Below, in pieces: positions 39,204 through 51,300 of a stretch of DNA of 64,000 nt. The translations under genes were made by a program, and so were the position numbers. The DNA is taken from positions 53,134,001 through 53,198,000 of the forward strand of contig NC_047015.1 in NCBI RefSeq assembly GCF_902652985.1, in the 5' to 3' direction. This stretch comes from Pecten maximus. Lineage: Eukaryota. Within the stretch, counting starts at the first letter, position 1. Each line of letters begins with the position of its first letter. Below the pieces are notes generated by a model. It did not search any database and had not been told where the DNA came from. It worked only from the letters and a program-made list of their open reading frames with translations.

Positions 39204-41775
39204 TTAGAGACTCGTGTTGTTGTTTTCTTCAATCGTACAGTTATAGTCTCGTAATCCAGACCTCGACCAAATCACCGCCATGTTTTCGTAAATTCGACGA
39301 TCGGCTGCCGAACACCGGCTTTCGATCTCCGCTCCGGTATCTTGGTAGAAGTTATTCATTACCCTAAAAAAGTTCAAATGAGACAAAATAAAGAAAAATA
39401 AAATATCAGATCGACAAATATATTTTTGGGCTGTCCTTAAATGTACAAAATAAAGAAGAAAAAAAATCAGATCAACAAATATATTTTGCGGACTGTCCTT
39501 AAATGTACGAAATAAGGAAAAACAAATGTTCCGATCAACAAATATATTTTGCGGACTGTCCTTAAATGTACGAAATAAAGAAAAACAAAAGTTCAGATAA
39601 ACAAATATATTTTGCGGGCTGTCCTTAAATGAACGAAATAAAGAAAAACAAAAGTTCAGATCAACAAATGTATTTTTGGGCTGTCCTTGAATGTATACGA
39701 AATAAAGAAAACGAAGTCAGAATGATTATACTGAAATGATATCATTTCAATATCTCGATTTCCTTTTGTTTCCTTAACCAAGATTTGTGATTAGATTAAA
39801 TGGGTTTTTTTCATATCCTGTTATACCTTGGAAAATTAGAGGTTGTATATTATTGCAAAACAATTATATTTAAGCATTGATGTCATTTTTTTAGTTTCAT
39901 TGGTATACACGGTTTCGTACAGTTTACAAACAATGTTTTACATACCCCTATGAAACTATCAAATAATTGACATCAACGCTTATAATTAATTTTTTTAAAT
40001 TGATTTTCAAAATTAAAACATATTTTATGTACAATTGAACTGATCTTATAACGGATTCTTTTTCACAAATCAATACACAATGTCAATGGCCGTATTGTGA
40101 CGTCACATATTTCGCGCCATTCTCGTATTTTTTTGTATTTTTTTTTTTCGGAAAAATGCCTCAACCAATCAGAATGCCGCGTTCTGCGTAAAAAATACTG
40201 GACAATTAATTGTATTTATATTTTAATTCTAGATATATTGTAATTACCAGCGAACACAGGGAATGTCCCCCCACGAAAGATCTACACTTTTGTACAATAC
40301 GGGCAATAGTTTGTGATATTGATCAGAACGGAAGCTTTTGTACTAAACCAAAGTGTTACTGCGAATATGTTTTAGAAAAAGGTCACACGACCTTTGACCT
40401 AAAGAATCTTACCTGCACATCATCAAAGCGATATTTGAAGGCTCCTGGTCTGGCCAATCCCTGATTGTTTTAACCGAATGTGAAAACCCATAAGATGACA
40501 AAATCAGTTGTAACTGGACCTCGAAGTTGTTGATACATGGAAGAATGGACAGTACAGCTGGAAAAGTGATAATAATTATAATAATATAGGTATAATTCAA
40601 GGTGAATAGTACATTCTAAACCCTTTTACTGACACCTAATGTTACACTGCAACAATCTTGGAGGGACCCGACAATTTTCCGGATATGACATGAAAAGCTG
40701 TCTCCGGTAAGGCATAAATGAATTTATTTTAAACATAGTCTTTGTTTTGTGTCCCGTCATATAGATTGCATGTTCAACAGATGAATGCTTCAGACGCTTG
40801 AGCATTTAAAGCCGTACACGTTGTTATCAGAGGCGGATTCCAAGCGTCGCTTTGACGTATAAAAAGATGGCGTCAAAATCACGACGTGTCATCATTTGCG
40901 TTCATGTAAGAATTGCATTGTTGTCCAATATGGTTATTAGCAAAACATAAATCCATCTTAAGATGCAAAGTAGCACAGACAACGTAACAGATCCTGGAAG
41001 CGGTTTCAAAGCGATTTTCCTTACTGGGTTCCGCCATCTTGAATATCTTAGTATGAGAAACCACAACACACTGTGAGGAAAATAAGGATAAATTTTCGAT
41101 ATTGTTTGTTTACGGTTGATATCCCTTCGCTTACCTAAACAACGTAAACTTCATAAAACCGCGTACAACATTGAAATGACAACAAATTTGAGACAAGACA
41201 ATCTCAATATCTTGTCACCATGCTTTTTTATTATTATTAATTCACGTCATTTATTCTCATCCTTTTATAAAAAAAAGTTATCCATTTCGATATCAAGTTA
41301 CCTGATCTGCCTGGCTCAACACACATGTATCGATACATGTTGGTTGTAGATTTAACAATCTCCGTCACAATGGGACAGTCGGCATAATCTCCCTGATAAT
41401 AGCAGCCTACTGACGACTTCATATACCTGTTGAATTACACACACAAATGAAATATANNNNNNNNNNNNNNNNNNNNNNNNNNNNNNNNNNNNNNNNNNNN
41501 NNNNNNNNNNNNNNNNNNNNNNNNNNNNNNNNNNNNNNNNNNNNNNNNNNNNNNNNNNNNNNNNNNNNNNNNNNNNNNNNNNNNNNNNNNNNNNNNNNNN
41601 NNNNNNNNNNNNNNNNNNNNNNNNNNNNNNNNNNNNNNNNNNNNNNNNNNNNNNNNNNNNNNNNNNNNNNNNNNNNNNNNNNNNNNNNNNNNNNNNNNNN
41701 NNNNNTTTCTCAGGGGTTTTCACAACAACCAAAGTCACATGGGGACGGATGTTCAGAAGGTTCAGACCGTCTGAA

Positions 41776-41807
<32 letters not shown>

Positions 41808-44800
41808 ACTGTCACGGCTTGGGGGGAGGGGGGGGGGGGGGGGCTACCATCCCACACAAAGGGATAAAGTGGGAGATGTTAGGAGGAAAACAGTTGTCTA
41901 TTAGGATTATTATACGATTCCACAGTTAGTTGCCTCTTACGAATCCTCTAATGGGGACAGTTGGTGTAATTCTAACTACAGAAATTAATTTCTGTGAAAC
42001 ACTGATATTTTGATAATGTACTTATGTGTTATATTGGCATAACGAAGACCGGAAATACGATTACAGCAATGCTCACCATACCTGCACATTTTCTTTAAGA
42101 AACCAGGGGAAATGTAGAAGCCCTTCGTGATGGACCCCAAAAGTGCAGGGGGCGGACTCTGCATAGCACATATGTAAAATTCATTGCACGGCATGTTGGA
42201 GTGCTCTATATGAATTTCCGCATCGGTAACCACCTCGCTGTCGATGTTGTCAGCCGGTAAATTGGTAGTTTCTTCACTTCCGGTGCCAACGTTGTCTTGG
42301 TGTTCAAATACATCCTCGACGTTATTTCCGCCGGTATAATCTCGGATTGAAGAAGCTGGCAATAAAGATAATCATTAATTAATATTGGTCAAAATTAGTC
42401 GAATGACCTTAATTGGATCTATGCAAGTCTGGTTCTTTCTCTTCTTTTCCCATCTTTCTCCTCTACTTCCTAATCATTTGGAAAAAAAGAACATGTATAA
42501 TTAATGAAAATTTGAGGAAGAACTAATTAGCAGTAACAAACAAATATCCAAGATGGCTGCCTATTGGCCATTTTCGTATATTTTTCAGATCAGTCTCAAA
42601 CTTCAACGGCAAAATCAAGATGTCCTCCTTTCGAATTTTGTTTTGATATATATTTCTTGATCAATCTCAAAATTTAATGGCCACAGGTAGGAGGCAAAAA
42701 GTAACCTGCATATGAAATCCGAGAAAGATTCATATCATGAAGAACTTTCTGGGAAATAATTATAATAACTTTCAGCTGTAAAGAGGGAAACTTACATATC
42801 AAATTTGAGTAAACGTATTCTGATGCCTCTATGTCTTCGACTGTCAAAATCTACCGCATGTCGGCCATTTTGTTTTGCAGATCAGAATCAGAATTGAAAA
42901 CAACAAGATAGATAAATACCCTTTCAGTACTTCTTAGGGAACTGTGATAACTCATTTAAATTGTAAAGAGTCTAACTTACGCATCAAATTTGAAAAATAT
43001 TCCCCACGTGCCTCTCAGGAAATAGCAAAAAGAAAATTCTAATGTCGAAATCCAAGCTGGCTGCCTGTCGATCATTTTGTTTTCCGTATGCTCTTTAAAA
43101 TTGAATGGGCACAACTAAGGGACCAAGGGGAACGTACATTGGAAGTTTGAGAAATAACCTTCATATAATTCAAAAGAAACAGCGAACCTTGGACAAAGGG
43201 CTATTCGAAAAGTCCACCATCGCCAAATGGTGAGTTAAAACATAAGCGTCCTCCAAACCTGCTGAAGGAAAGGTGTTCACGACGATGTTCTGGCACAAAT
43301 CTAACCAATAACTTCTAATAGCGGTTTCCAGAGCGAGAACTGTCCACCTCGTACAGAAAAGATCCTTCTGTAGATATTCGGTCAAGAATAAGCGCAATAA
43401 AGCCGGCCCTGAGGTTATACGTAGACCACTATTAGGAGGTATATTTATAATATGAAAACTTAGACGAACAGCTAAAATATCAATGTAAACAAATTCAACA
43501 GAACACCGCTACGAGGGACGTCATAACAATAACAGAATAAGGCACTATCAGGACCAGGAAACATCTTCAAAACCTACACTTAAACTTGTTATAGGACAGA
43601 CGGTTCCATAACAGAGGTATACTCTCCCACGTTATATTCATATCTGCAAGGCGAGTCCCCGATCTGGTTAATACTGACATTTTCTAACAATGGTCGTGGT
43701 ATTTTTAAGGTAAATGTTTATTTACTGTTCCCGTATTGTTACGTTTATTTATCAAGCATGTTCTTAAACCCAGACTCGCGTGTAGAACGGTGTATAATGT
43801 ACTGTTAAAACACAGTCAACATAGAGCTGAATAACTACTCCAGAAATACGTAGTGACGTGTAACATTTCGTCATGTCCTACGGCAATTAGTATTTATAAC
43901 AATTTCGTTATTCCGTATTGAATGCACGAGGGACTACACATATCAAAAGAAAGAATAGTTTCCTTGGTTTTTCTTTTCACGAAAACAAAGAAAAGACATA
44001 CGGTATTCCTTTTTTTATCGTCGCAGCGAATTTGTGGACATAATGTAGAGTTATGATGTTGATACATATATAAAAGGAGCAAAGAATGACTTGTGTTCAC
44101 AGCACAATGACTTGTGCACACAGCGCAATGATTCGTGCTCACATTACAATGACTGGAGCACACAGCTCAATGACTTGTGCTCACAGCGCAATGATTAGTA
44201 CTCACACCACAATTATTAGTACTTACACCATGATAACTCGTGCTTTAGATCATTATGACTTAGTGTACGGTAGTATGCCCACAGCTTGCAAAATGATGTT
44301 CAATTCTTACGTTTGCCTCAAACAAATCGTTGAAATACGGTACGAAGAAACTAAAAGTCGGGATGTGTGGCGACGTTGGCAATACGGCAGCTGTGGAAGT
44401 ATATATAGGGAACAACTAACCAATTGAAAAAATAGATTTTTGAAGCATCCTCTATGTATAGAAAGTTAAGTCAATGATAAAATGTCTGGCAGCCACTGAT
44501 TGGCCAGTATGTCATGAAGTAAGAAAATAGATATGTATCCTGATAGGTAACTATCCATAAGAAATGTTGACATAAATTTCGTAAGTCCGATTGATTTTCC
44601 CCCCAAAAGTTTCATGTAATAATAATAAACAGGTAAACATTTAAGATTTTTGAGAATTTTTATTGCGAAATTCACCCATTTACAAAATGGCTACCCTGGA
44701 GAAAATTTGAGCTGAAGGACACAACTTTTTTTTTTTTTTTAGGTGTTATATCAGACCCTTAACGTTTGTTATAAACCATAATTGTCATATTGAATTCAAG

Positions 44801-45140
44801 AACTTGAATGAGATAGTCTATGGGAAAACAATTGGTTGGTTGGTCCCTATAATCTAGTTCTAGTGAAACTACGCAGATACACCAATACGAGATATCGTTC
44901 CCTCAACACAACCACACGCAATCACAATAAAACTTTGATACACAAAATAAAAGATGTTTGCTTCAAAGCTGTCCGTAATTTCTGAGATATGAACAAAAAA
45001 AAACTGTCTCTTAGTACTTACGACTTCAAATGATGTCAGAACAAAATTGAAGAACATTGTGTATTTGAAAGAAAAAGTACCGGTATCCTACCTGAAATGC
45101 TTCCTGCTATGACAGCCAGTAACAGGACGAGGGGAGACAT
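39204..45140 (-). CDS. Secreted Cys-rich protein paralogue C, 250 aa
   Basis: Exons 45140-45092, 42355-42082, 41426-41302, 40557-40413 and 39363-39204 (49/274/125/145/160 nt, 753 nt in total), GT-AG, open frame, signal peptide MSPLVLLLAVIAGSISA. Confidence 0.9.
39385..39720. repeat. ~63-bp minisatellite in intron 4 (also 53920-54370 and 59715-59970)
   Basis: Unit (gene sense) tttgttgatctgaacttttgtttttctttatttcgtacatttaaggacag…, directly upstream of exon 5 in C, D and E. Confidence 0.9.
41457..41705. other. Assembly gap (N run) in intron 2 of copy C
   Basis: 249 N, followed by poly-G tracts. Confidence 1.
42540..43165. repeat. Diverged ccaagatggctgcc…ccattttgtt tandem units (Helentron-associated HINE/satellite-like)
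   Basis: The motif recurs at about 42548, 42855 and 43052. Confidence 0.5.
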
Positions 45141-45565
45141 GATGTATCCTCGGGGTCGAAGTGATGAATATGGCGAAGACCTGTAATGTACGTCGTATTC
45201 ATGTGAACACATAATGAACCTTAATGAGCCAATTATTGACATATTTTCCCTAATTGACTTCAAAGTGGAACTTTGATATTTGTAATAGTAATCTGACATG
45301 AGCTTACTCTCTAAAATGTAGGTAAATTACACAGGGTTTTTATATGTATATTGGGGCAATAATTGTTGAAATAGACAACTAAAATCGGACTGTCAGCTCG
45401 CATATTGTATTTGTGACATTTAAATGTCATATAATACTTGTCATAATACGTTAATTTTCTTAAATATGTATATATAATATGTATAAAAATATGAAAATAA
45501 AAAAAAATCCATTTGGAGTGATATGATCAATCCGATTTCAACAAAATGAATCAGTAGTTCTGCGA

Positions 45566-45636
45566 TGGTCAAGTCACGCGCTGTAACAGCTGGTGGCTAG
45601 GGAGGCCGTTACGTTATCACTCGCTTTACGCTGAAA
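45566..45636 (-). promoter_or_regulatory. Conserved upstream element of copy C
   Basis: tggtcaagtcacgcgctgtaacagctggtggctagggaggccgttacgttatcactcg; 426 bp from the ATG. Confidence 0.6.
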
Positions 45637-46859
45637 GATAAAAATCATTTTAACAAATATATATCTGTATCTATATATATATAAAGAGCACTAAAAGATT
45701 TCAACTATTATGATTATGTTGCTCATCATTATTTTCCATGTCTTTCCTTTATGAAATTGTGTGGAAGTGAGTGTGAAAGGTGTGCTGTTTAGACTATGTA
45801 TAATTATTATACCTATCTGCAACCGGTCTATGGAAAAGACTTATATAGGGTAATCCTGTTGTCTGATCCTATTATTTCATATATATAAATATTTAAAAAA
45901 AAAAAAAAAAAAAAAAACTTAACAAATGATAATAATATACATAAATAATATTTAAATTTCTAATATAATTAGGTTTATTGATTGTATGTATATTGAACAT
46001 GTATTTGTTATATTTGGAATAATAAAATAATTTTTGAATTGAATTGAATATCTGTATCTATTTCATTAGGATGTTTTACATTTTATCTCACAGCTTAAGA
46101 TATGATAAAGCACTGAAGAAAATAAGTAAAAATAAATGGCAATCTTCTCCAAAGAAACAAAAACAAATCAAAAGTATTTACGTAACGAAATGGTTCCATT
46201 TTACCTTTACAACCAGAGAGCTAAACCCTTGGATTTTGAAGGTGGAACAATATTGGTTATAGTTTTTGACGATAATTTTTTTATGTAAACTACATATCAA
46301 ACAGAAACTAGAGAGGGCAGCCTGACACATGGAACTAAATTCGTGGTGTCTTTACGTCAGGGTGTGCTGTTTAGATATGAATAACAAAACACGGTTTAAG
46401 CGAAATTATCACCATAACTGTGCACCGTCTTATGGTGATAAGTAATGTGAATATTGATATTGTTTTTATATTTTGCAGAAATTTATGTTAAAATGCTAGG
46501 AGATACCAACGCTTTTGCCAAGACATTAAGTGATGTTTTCAAAATCAACGCGTTCAACGAATGTACCTTATCTAGACATACTGTACTTACTGTGAGTACG
46601 ATTTCCTTACATGGACAATTATATGTATATAATCGAGTAAATTAGAAGATATTTATCTTATAGTCTCTGTTTAAAATGAGGTCTCCATAAAAACGTTAAA
46701 AACTACCAATATTGTTCCACTTTCAAAATCCAAGGGTATAGTCTTGGGATATAAAGGTAGAATATAGAGATGAAACCCATTCGTTACGGAAATAGATTTT
46801 TTTTTCTTTTGACGACTTTGGAGAAGATGGACAGTTTTATTTGGTTTAATCAGTATTTA

Positions 46860-47692
46860 TTTGTTCAAAATGATAATAAGACAATACATAAACAGAGAAT
46901 AACAGAGAATTAGGAAAGAAGTACTTACGTACTTATATTAATCCGTCTTCTCTCTTGTGACAGGCATGACAAACAGAAAAGATGTCATGGTGAGCCACAG
47001 ACTGTAGATGGCTCAACATGACCCGAGGTCTGTAGGTAAGTGTTGTAAAACCAGCAGAGAAAAGGTCATACTGTCGTAATAATAGTGAAAACAATAATAA
47101 TAGTAGTATCAATAAGTAAGATGATAACATTAACAATAATGTAGTTGAAGAGGAGAGAAAACATTGGAACCAGAAGAGGTAGAAGGTTTGGTGGAGGGTG
47201 GAAGTGGTGGAATAAAGTAGTAGTAGAGTACATCAAATTCGTAATTTGACCAGAAGTACAGAAAGGATTTTCAATCATTTTTTACGAAATAGGTGATCTC
47301 GAAGAGAGCTACATTTAAAACGAAGTCTGGCATGATAAATTTGACCCAATCGTTTCTAGTAAAATAGTGCATGGGAATTTTCATTTTCCAGAGTTGAGAT
47401 TAAGTTTCAAAAATGAAATGGAAGGATTAACTTTTATATTAGGAGGCAAATTATTCCATAAGTTAATAGTAAGAGGAAAGAAAGAGTTAATATAAAACGT
47501 GGTTCTGGCCTGTAGATTAGCAATATTTTGAGATTGGCGTGTATCATGATCATGCATTTCATTCATTCGATTAGGTAGCATTTCTGACAAATAGCTGGAT
47601 GTCAGTCCTTGAATGATTTTATGAAGCTGGATAATTTCATGTTTGCGTCTTCTTTCCCACAATGGATCTATTCCAGTTTCCAGACATTTCAT
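46860..47692 (-). mobile_element. CR1/L2-group LINE 3' fragment
   Basis: GIDPLWERRRKH…INSFFPLTINLWNNLP is homologous to the C-terminus of the 31885 ORF2 (SFFPATIRLWNQL). Confidence 0.75.
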
Positions 47693-47791
47693 TTGTTTCA
47701 GTTATTTATCATATTTAAAACTGTAAGGTAGAATAGATGTGATTGTGATGAATTAGATACAGATATATATATTTATTATAGTGATTTTATC

Positions 47792-47864
47792 TTTCAGCGT
47801 AAAACGTGTGATGATGAGTAACAGCCTACCTAGTCACCGGCAGCTACAGCGCGTGACTTGACCA
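47792..47864 (+). promoter_or_regulatory. Conserved upstream element of copy D
   Basis: tttcagcgtaaaacgtgtgatgatgagtaacagcctacctagtcaccggcagctacagcgcgtgacttgacca. Confidence 0.55.
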
Positions 47865-48372
47865 TGGAAGAACTACTAATTCATTTCGTAATGTCATTTA
47901 TTGGCCAATGGAAAGATGTGAGAGGAAAATTGATTAATCATATCACTTCAAATGGATATTTCCGTTTCATTGAAAAGACTATATGTCATGACTCTTAAAT
48001 TTACATATTTCATGATCATTCTTATTTCCATATTATCATACACATATATATATACGCGAGGAAAAGTATTTTGACAACTATTATATAACACTTAAATGTC
48101 AAAAATAAAAACATGTAAGTGGTCAGATTAAAGTCGTTTATTTCAACAATGATTGCTCCCAAAATTATATAAAAAAAAAAGCTGCATCATTTTTCTACAT
48201 TTTAGAGATTAAAATCATGTCAGACCACTTCAAATATCAAAGTTCTACTTTAAAGTCAATTAGGGAAAATATGTCAACAATTGTGTCATTATGGTATATT
48301 GTGTGTTCACATGAATACGATGTACATGACTTGTCTTCGCAATAATCATCACTTCGACCCCGAGGATACAAC

Positions 48373-51300
48373 ATGTCTCCCCTGGTCCTGTTACTGGTTC
48401 TCATAGCAGGAAGCATTTCAGGTAGGATAGTCCTTTCTAATATACTTAGATTTTGTTTTGACATCATTTGAAGTTATGAGTTCTAAGGGATTGTTTTTAG
48501 ATATTTTTTTCTTAATTGGGGAGAATTACGGGATTTCTTTGGTGCGGAACGCTTTCGTTTTATTCCATGCATTCACATATTTATTGATGTGGATACAAGG
48601 CATCGTATTGTGAGCGTGCTATGTTAGGGCATGCGCATGAGCTTTTATGTTGTGAGCATGAGATGTCTTTTTGTGAGCAGGAGTTCTTATGATGTGAGCA
48701 CGAGATTTTATGTTGTGAGCACGACATTGTATGGTATGAGCACGAGCTATGGTGTTGTGAGCACGAATCGTTATGCTGTTATCATAAGTTAATGATGATA
48801 ACGAGTTACTATGTTGTGAGCAAGATTTATGAACATCGTACTGTTAGCACGAGTAATTGTGCTGTGAGCACGAATTATTGTGTTCCAAGCACTAATCATT
48901 GTGTTTAAGCACAAGTCATTGCGCTGTGAGCACGAGTTATTATTTACTCCTTTTATATATGTATCAACATCTTAACTCTACATTATGTCCATATAACGCT
49001 GCGATGATAAATTGACTGCTGTCTGCGTTTTCTTTGTTTTCGTGAAAAGACAAAACCAAGGAAAATATTCTTTCTTTTGGCATGTGTAGTCCCTCGTTCA
49101 TCCAATACGTAATAACGAAACTGTTGTCAATGCTCATTGTCATAGGACACGACGAAATGTCACATGTTATTACGAGTTTCTGGAGCAGTTATTCAGCTCT
49201 GTATGGACTGTGTTTTAATTAAACCGTAACGTTATACCCCATTATTAGTCTGAATTTATGAACATGATTTATAAATAAACGAAACCATACGGGAACAAAT
49301 AATAAACATTTACCTTAAAACATCATGACTATTGTTAGAAAAAACGTCAGTATTATCAACGCTCTGATCGAAAAGAGTATGATGACGTCACGAAACAATC
49401 GGACAGTGTGATGACAGGTCGTGTTCAGATTAATTAAACCGTATTTGCAATCGTCAATGTTCTTATCTGCGTGAATAGAACATTTGTGTATTTAAACAAA
49501 ACTTAAATGGTCTTAATTCGGCCTTTAATTTATACGTGTCCTTTGATTAGGCCTGAGGATAGTGTTAATGACAACCATGAAGCGTCGGTAATTTCCGTAT
49601 TTTCATCTTTACGGAAACATCCGACGGTTCCCGATCTGTTGCATGAGGTTCCCAAGCAGGTCGACTCTTCTTCTTCTTTTTCTTCTTCAGAAATGTCCAG
49701 CTCGGGGCTCACCTTGCAGCGCTGAAGTCGAGCTTCTTTTGGGCGTGACCGTTAGTTAGTTAGTTAGTTCATCATTCGCATGGGTGTTTTATTGAATTTG
49801 GTTATTTGGTTACATTTATATTTTTGTGTCTTGAGTAATGGAAATGTATTAATATTTAAACTTGATGTGTTTGTTCTCCGTGATCCTGCAATTTTCATGG
49901 TTAACTTTAAGACTGCTCTGAAAAATAAACCAAAATGTCCGATAGGCAACAATCTTGGGTATTCGTTGAAGATTGTTATCACTAATTAAGTCTCCATCAA
50001 AGTTCCATTCAGTATAAGAAAGATCAGTCTTACATAGATACCATCAAGGTCATTCGATGGCAGGCGTAAATATCTATCTGGGGTTTATATGTCACCTCTT
50101 CCATAGAGAAACTGAGCGCAGGGGTTAAACTTATGCAGTACATCTCGGTTGTTGAGCCCGGCATGGCATTTCGGGGCTACAATTATGTTAGTGACTTCAT
50201 AGATTGTAAAGGTCTGTCAGCTATTAAACTATCCAGTGTGACATCGATAAAGAGTATTGAGGACTACCACCTATGAAACATATTTTTCCTGAATAATAGT
50301 TAGAAATTTAAAGGTTTTCTGGACACACAATTGCCATGAAGGATTGCTATTTCCGCAAATGGAATGAGAAAAATGTAATACTTATATCCCTATTATTTAA
50401 TTAGATATGACGGCAGAAATATAATTATACATTTAGAAAGTGAAGTATTTATAAGCCCACTGACATTCGACAGGCGCATTATGGTCAAGTGTCTGCGTCC
50501 GTTCTTCCGTCCGGGGGCCGCGATAACTCGAGTAGAACGCAAGTTTAACGTTGAAAATTGACCCGGGTAACTTTTCAACGTTGAATATTGACCCTGAATG
50601 CCGTTGAAAATTGAACCATCGGCGCATTCTTTACTTCGACCCATGGAATATGGACTCCGTTTAAAACTGACCCAATTACAGATGGTTTATCATTTCGTAA
50701 CTATACCCGCCCTGTCGAATCGATTATTATGGCCAAATCGATCACACCAAATGTCAAGGTCAAGCGACGAGTCATTCATTTATCGATTTCATTTATGTGG
50801 AGCAGGGTGCAAGATGTTTTCACTAACCAACAAGCGATTTTTTTAATGTCGTGTAGCTCGACATACGACATGCAACATTCAGAAATTGAATGATATACAG
50901 TTCAACTTACGACAGTCAACAAAAAATGTAATCACTGGCTATCGAGGCTTTGCAGGTCAACATACGGCATTCAAAATTCAGACATTGTAGAGCGCGATAT
51001 GCGACATTCAGATTTTGAATGTTGTGCAGCTCGACATTCGACATTCAATTATGGCAAGCTAGGTTGTGACAATGTTGATCCGTTATTTTACCAAATTATA
51101 TATATTTTGTGATATATCTTGTAAATCTTTTTAAGAAAATTATGATATATCTCATTTATTATAAGATATCTTATATAATTTATTTATAAATCCTGGATCG
51201 ACGTTGCTCCGTGAATAGATGACATATTCGCTTGCCATACTCAAATGTAATCACTGGTCAAAGAGGAAACTTTTGAATGTCGTGCAGCTCGACATAATAT

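Noticed and set aside
39385-39720. Regularly spaced repeats resembling a CRISPR array (also 53920-54370 and 63015-63760)
   Set aside because: Head-to-tail tandem units with no unique spacers, no cas genes and a eukaryotic context.
41352-41929. ORFs with X and poly-Gly runs
   Set aside because: Artefacts of the N gap and poly-G tracts.
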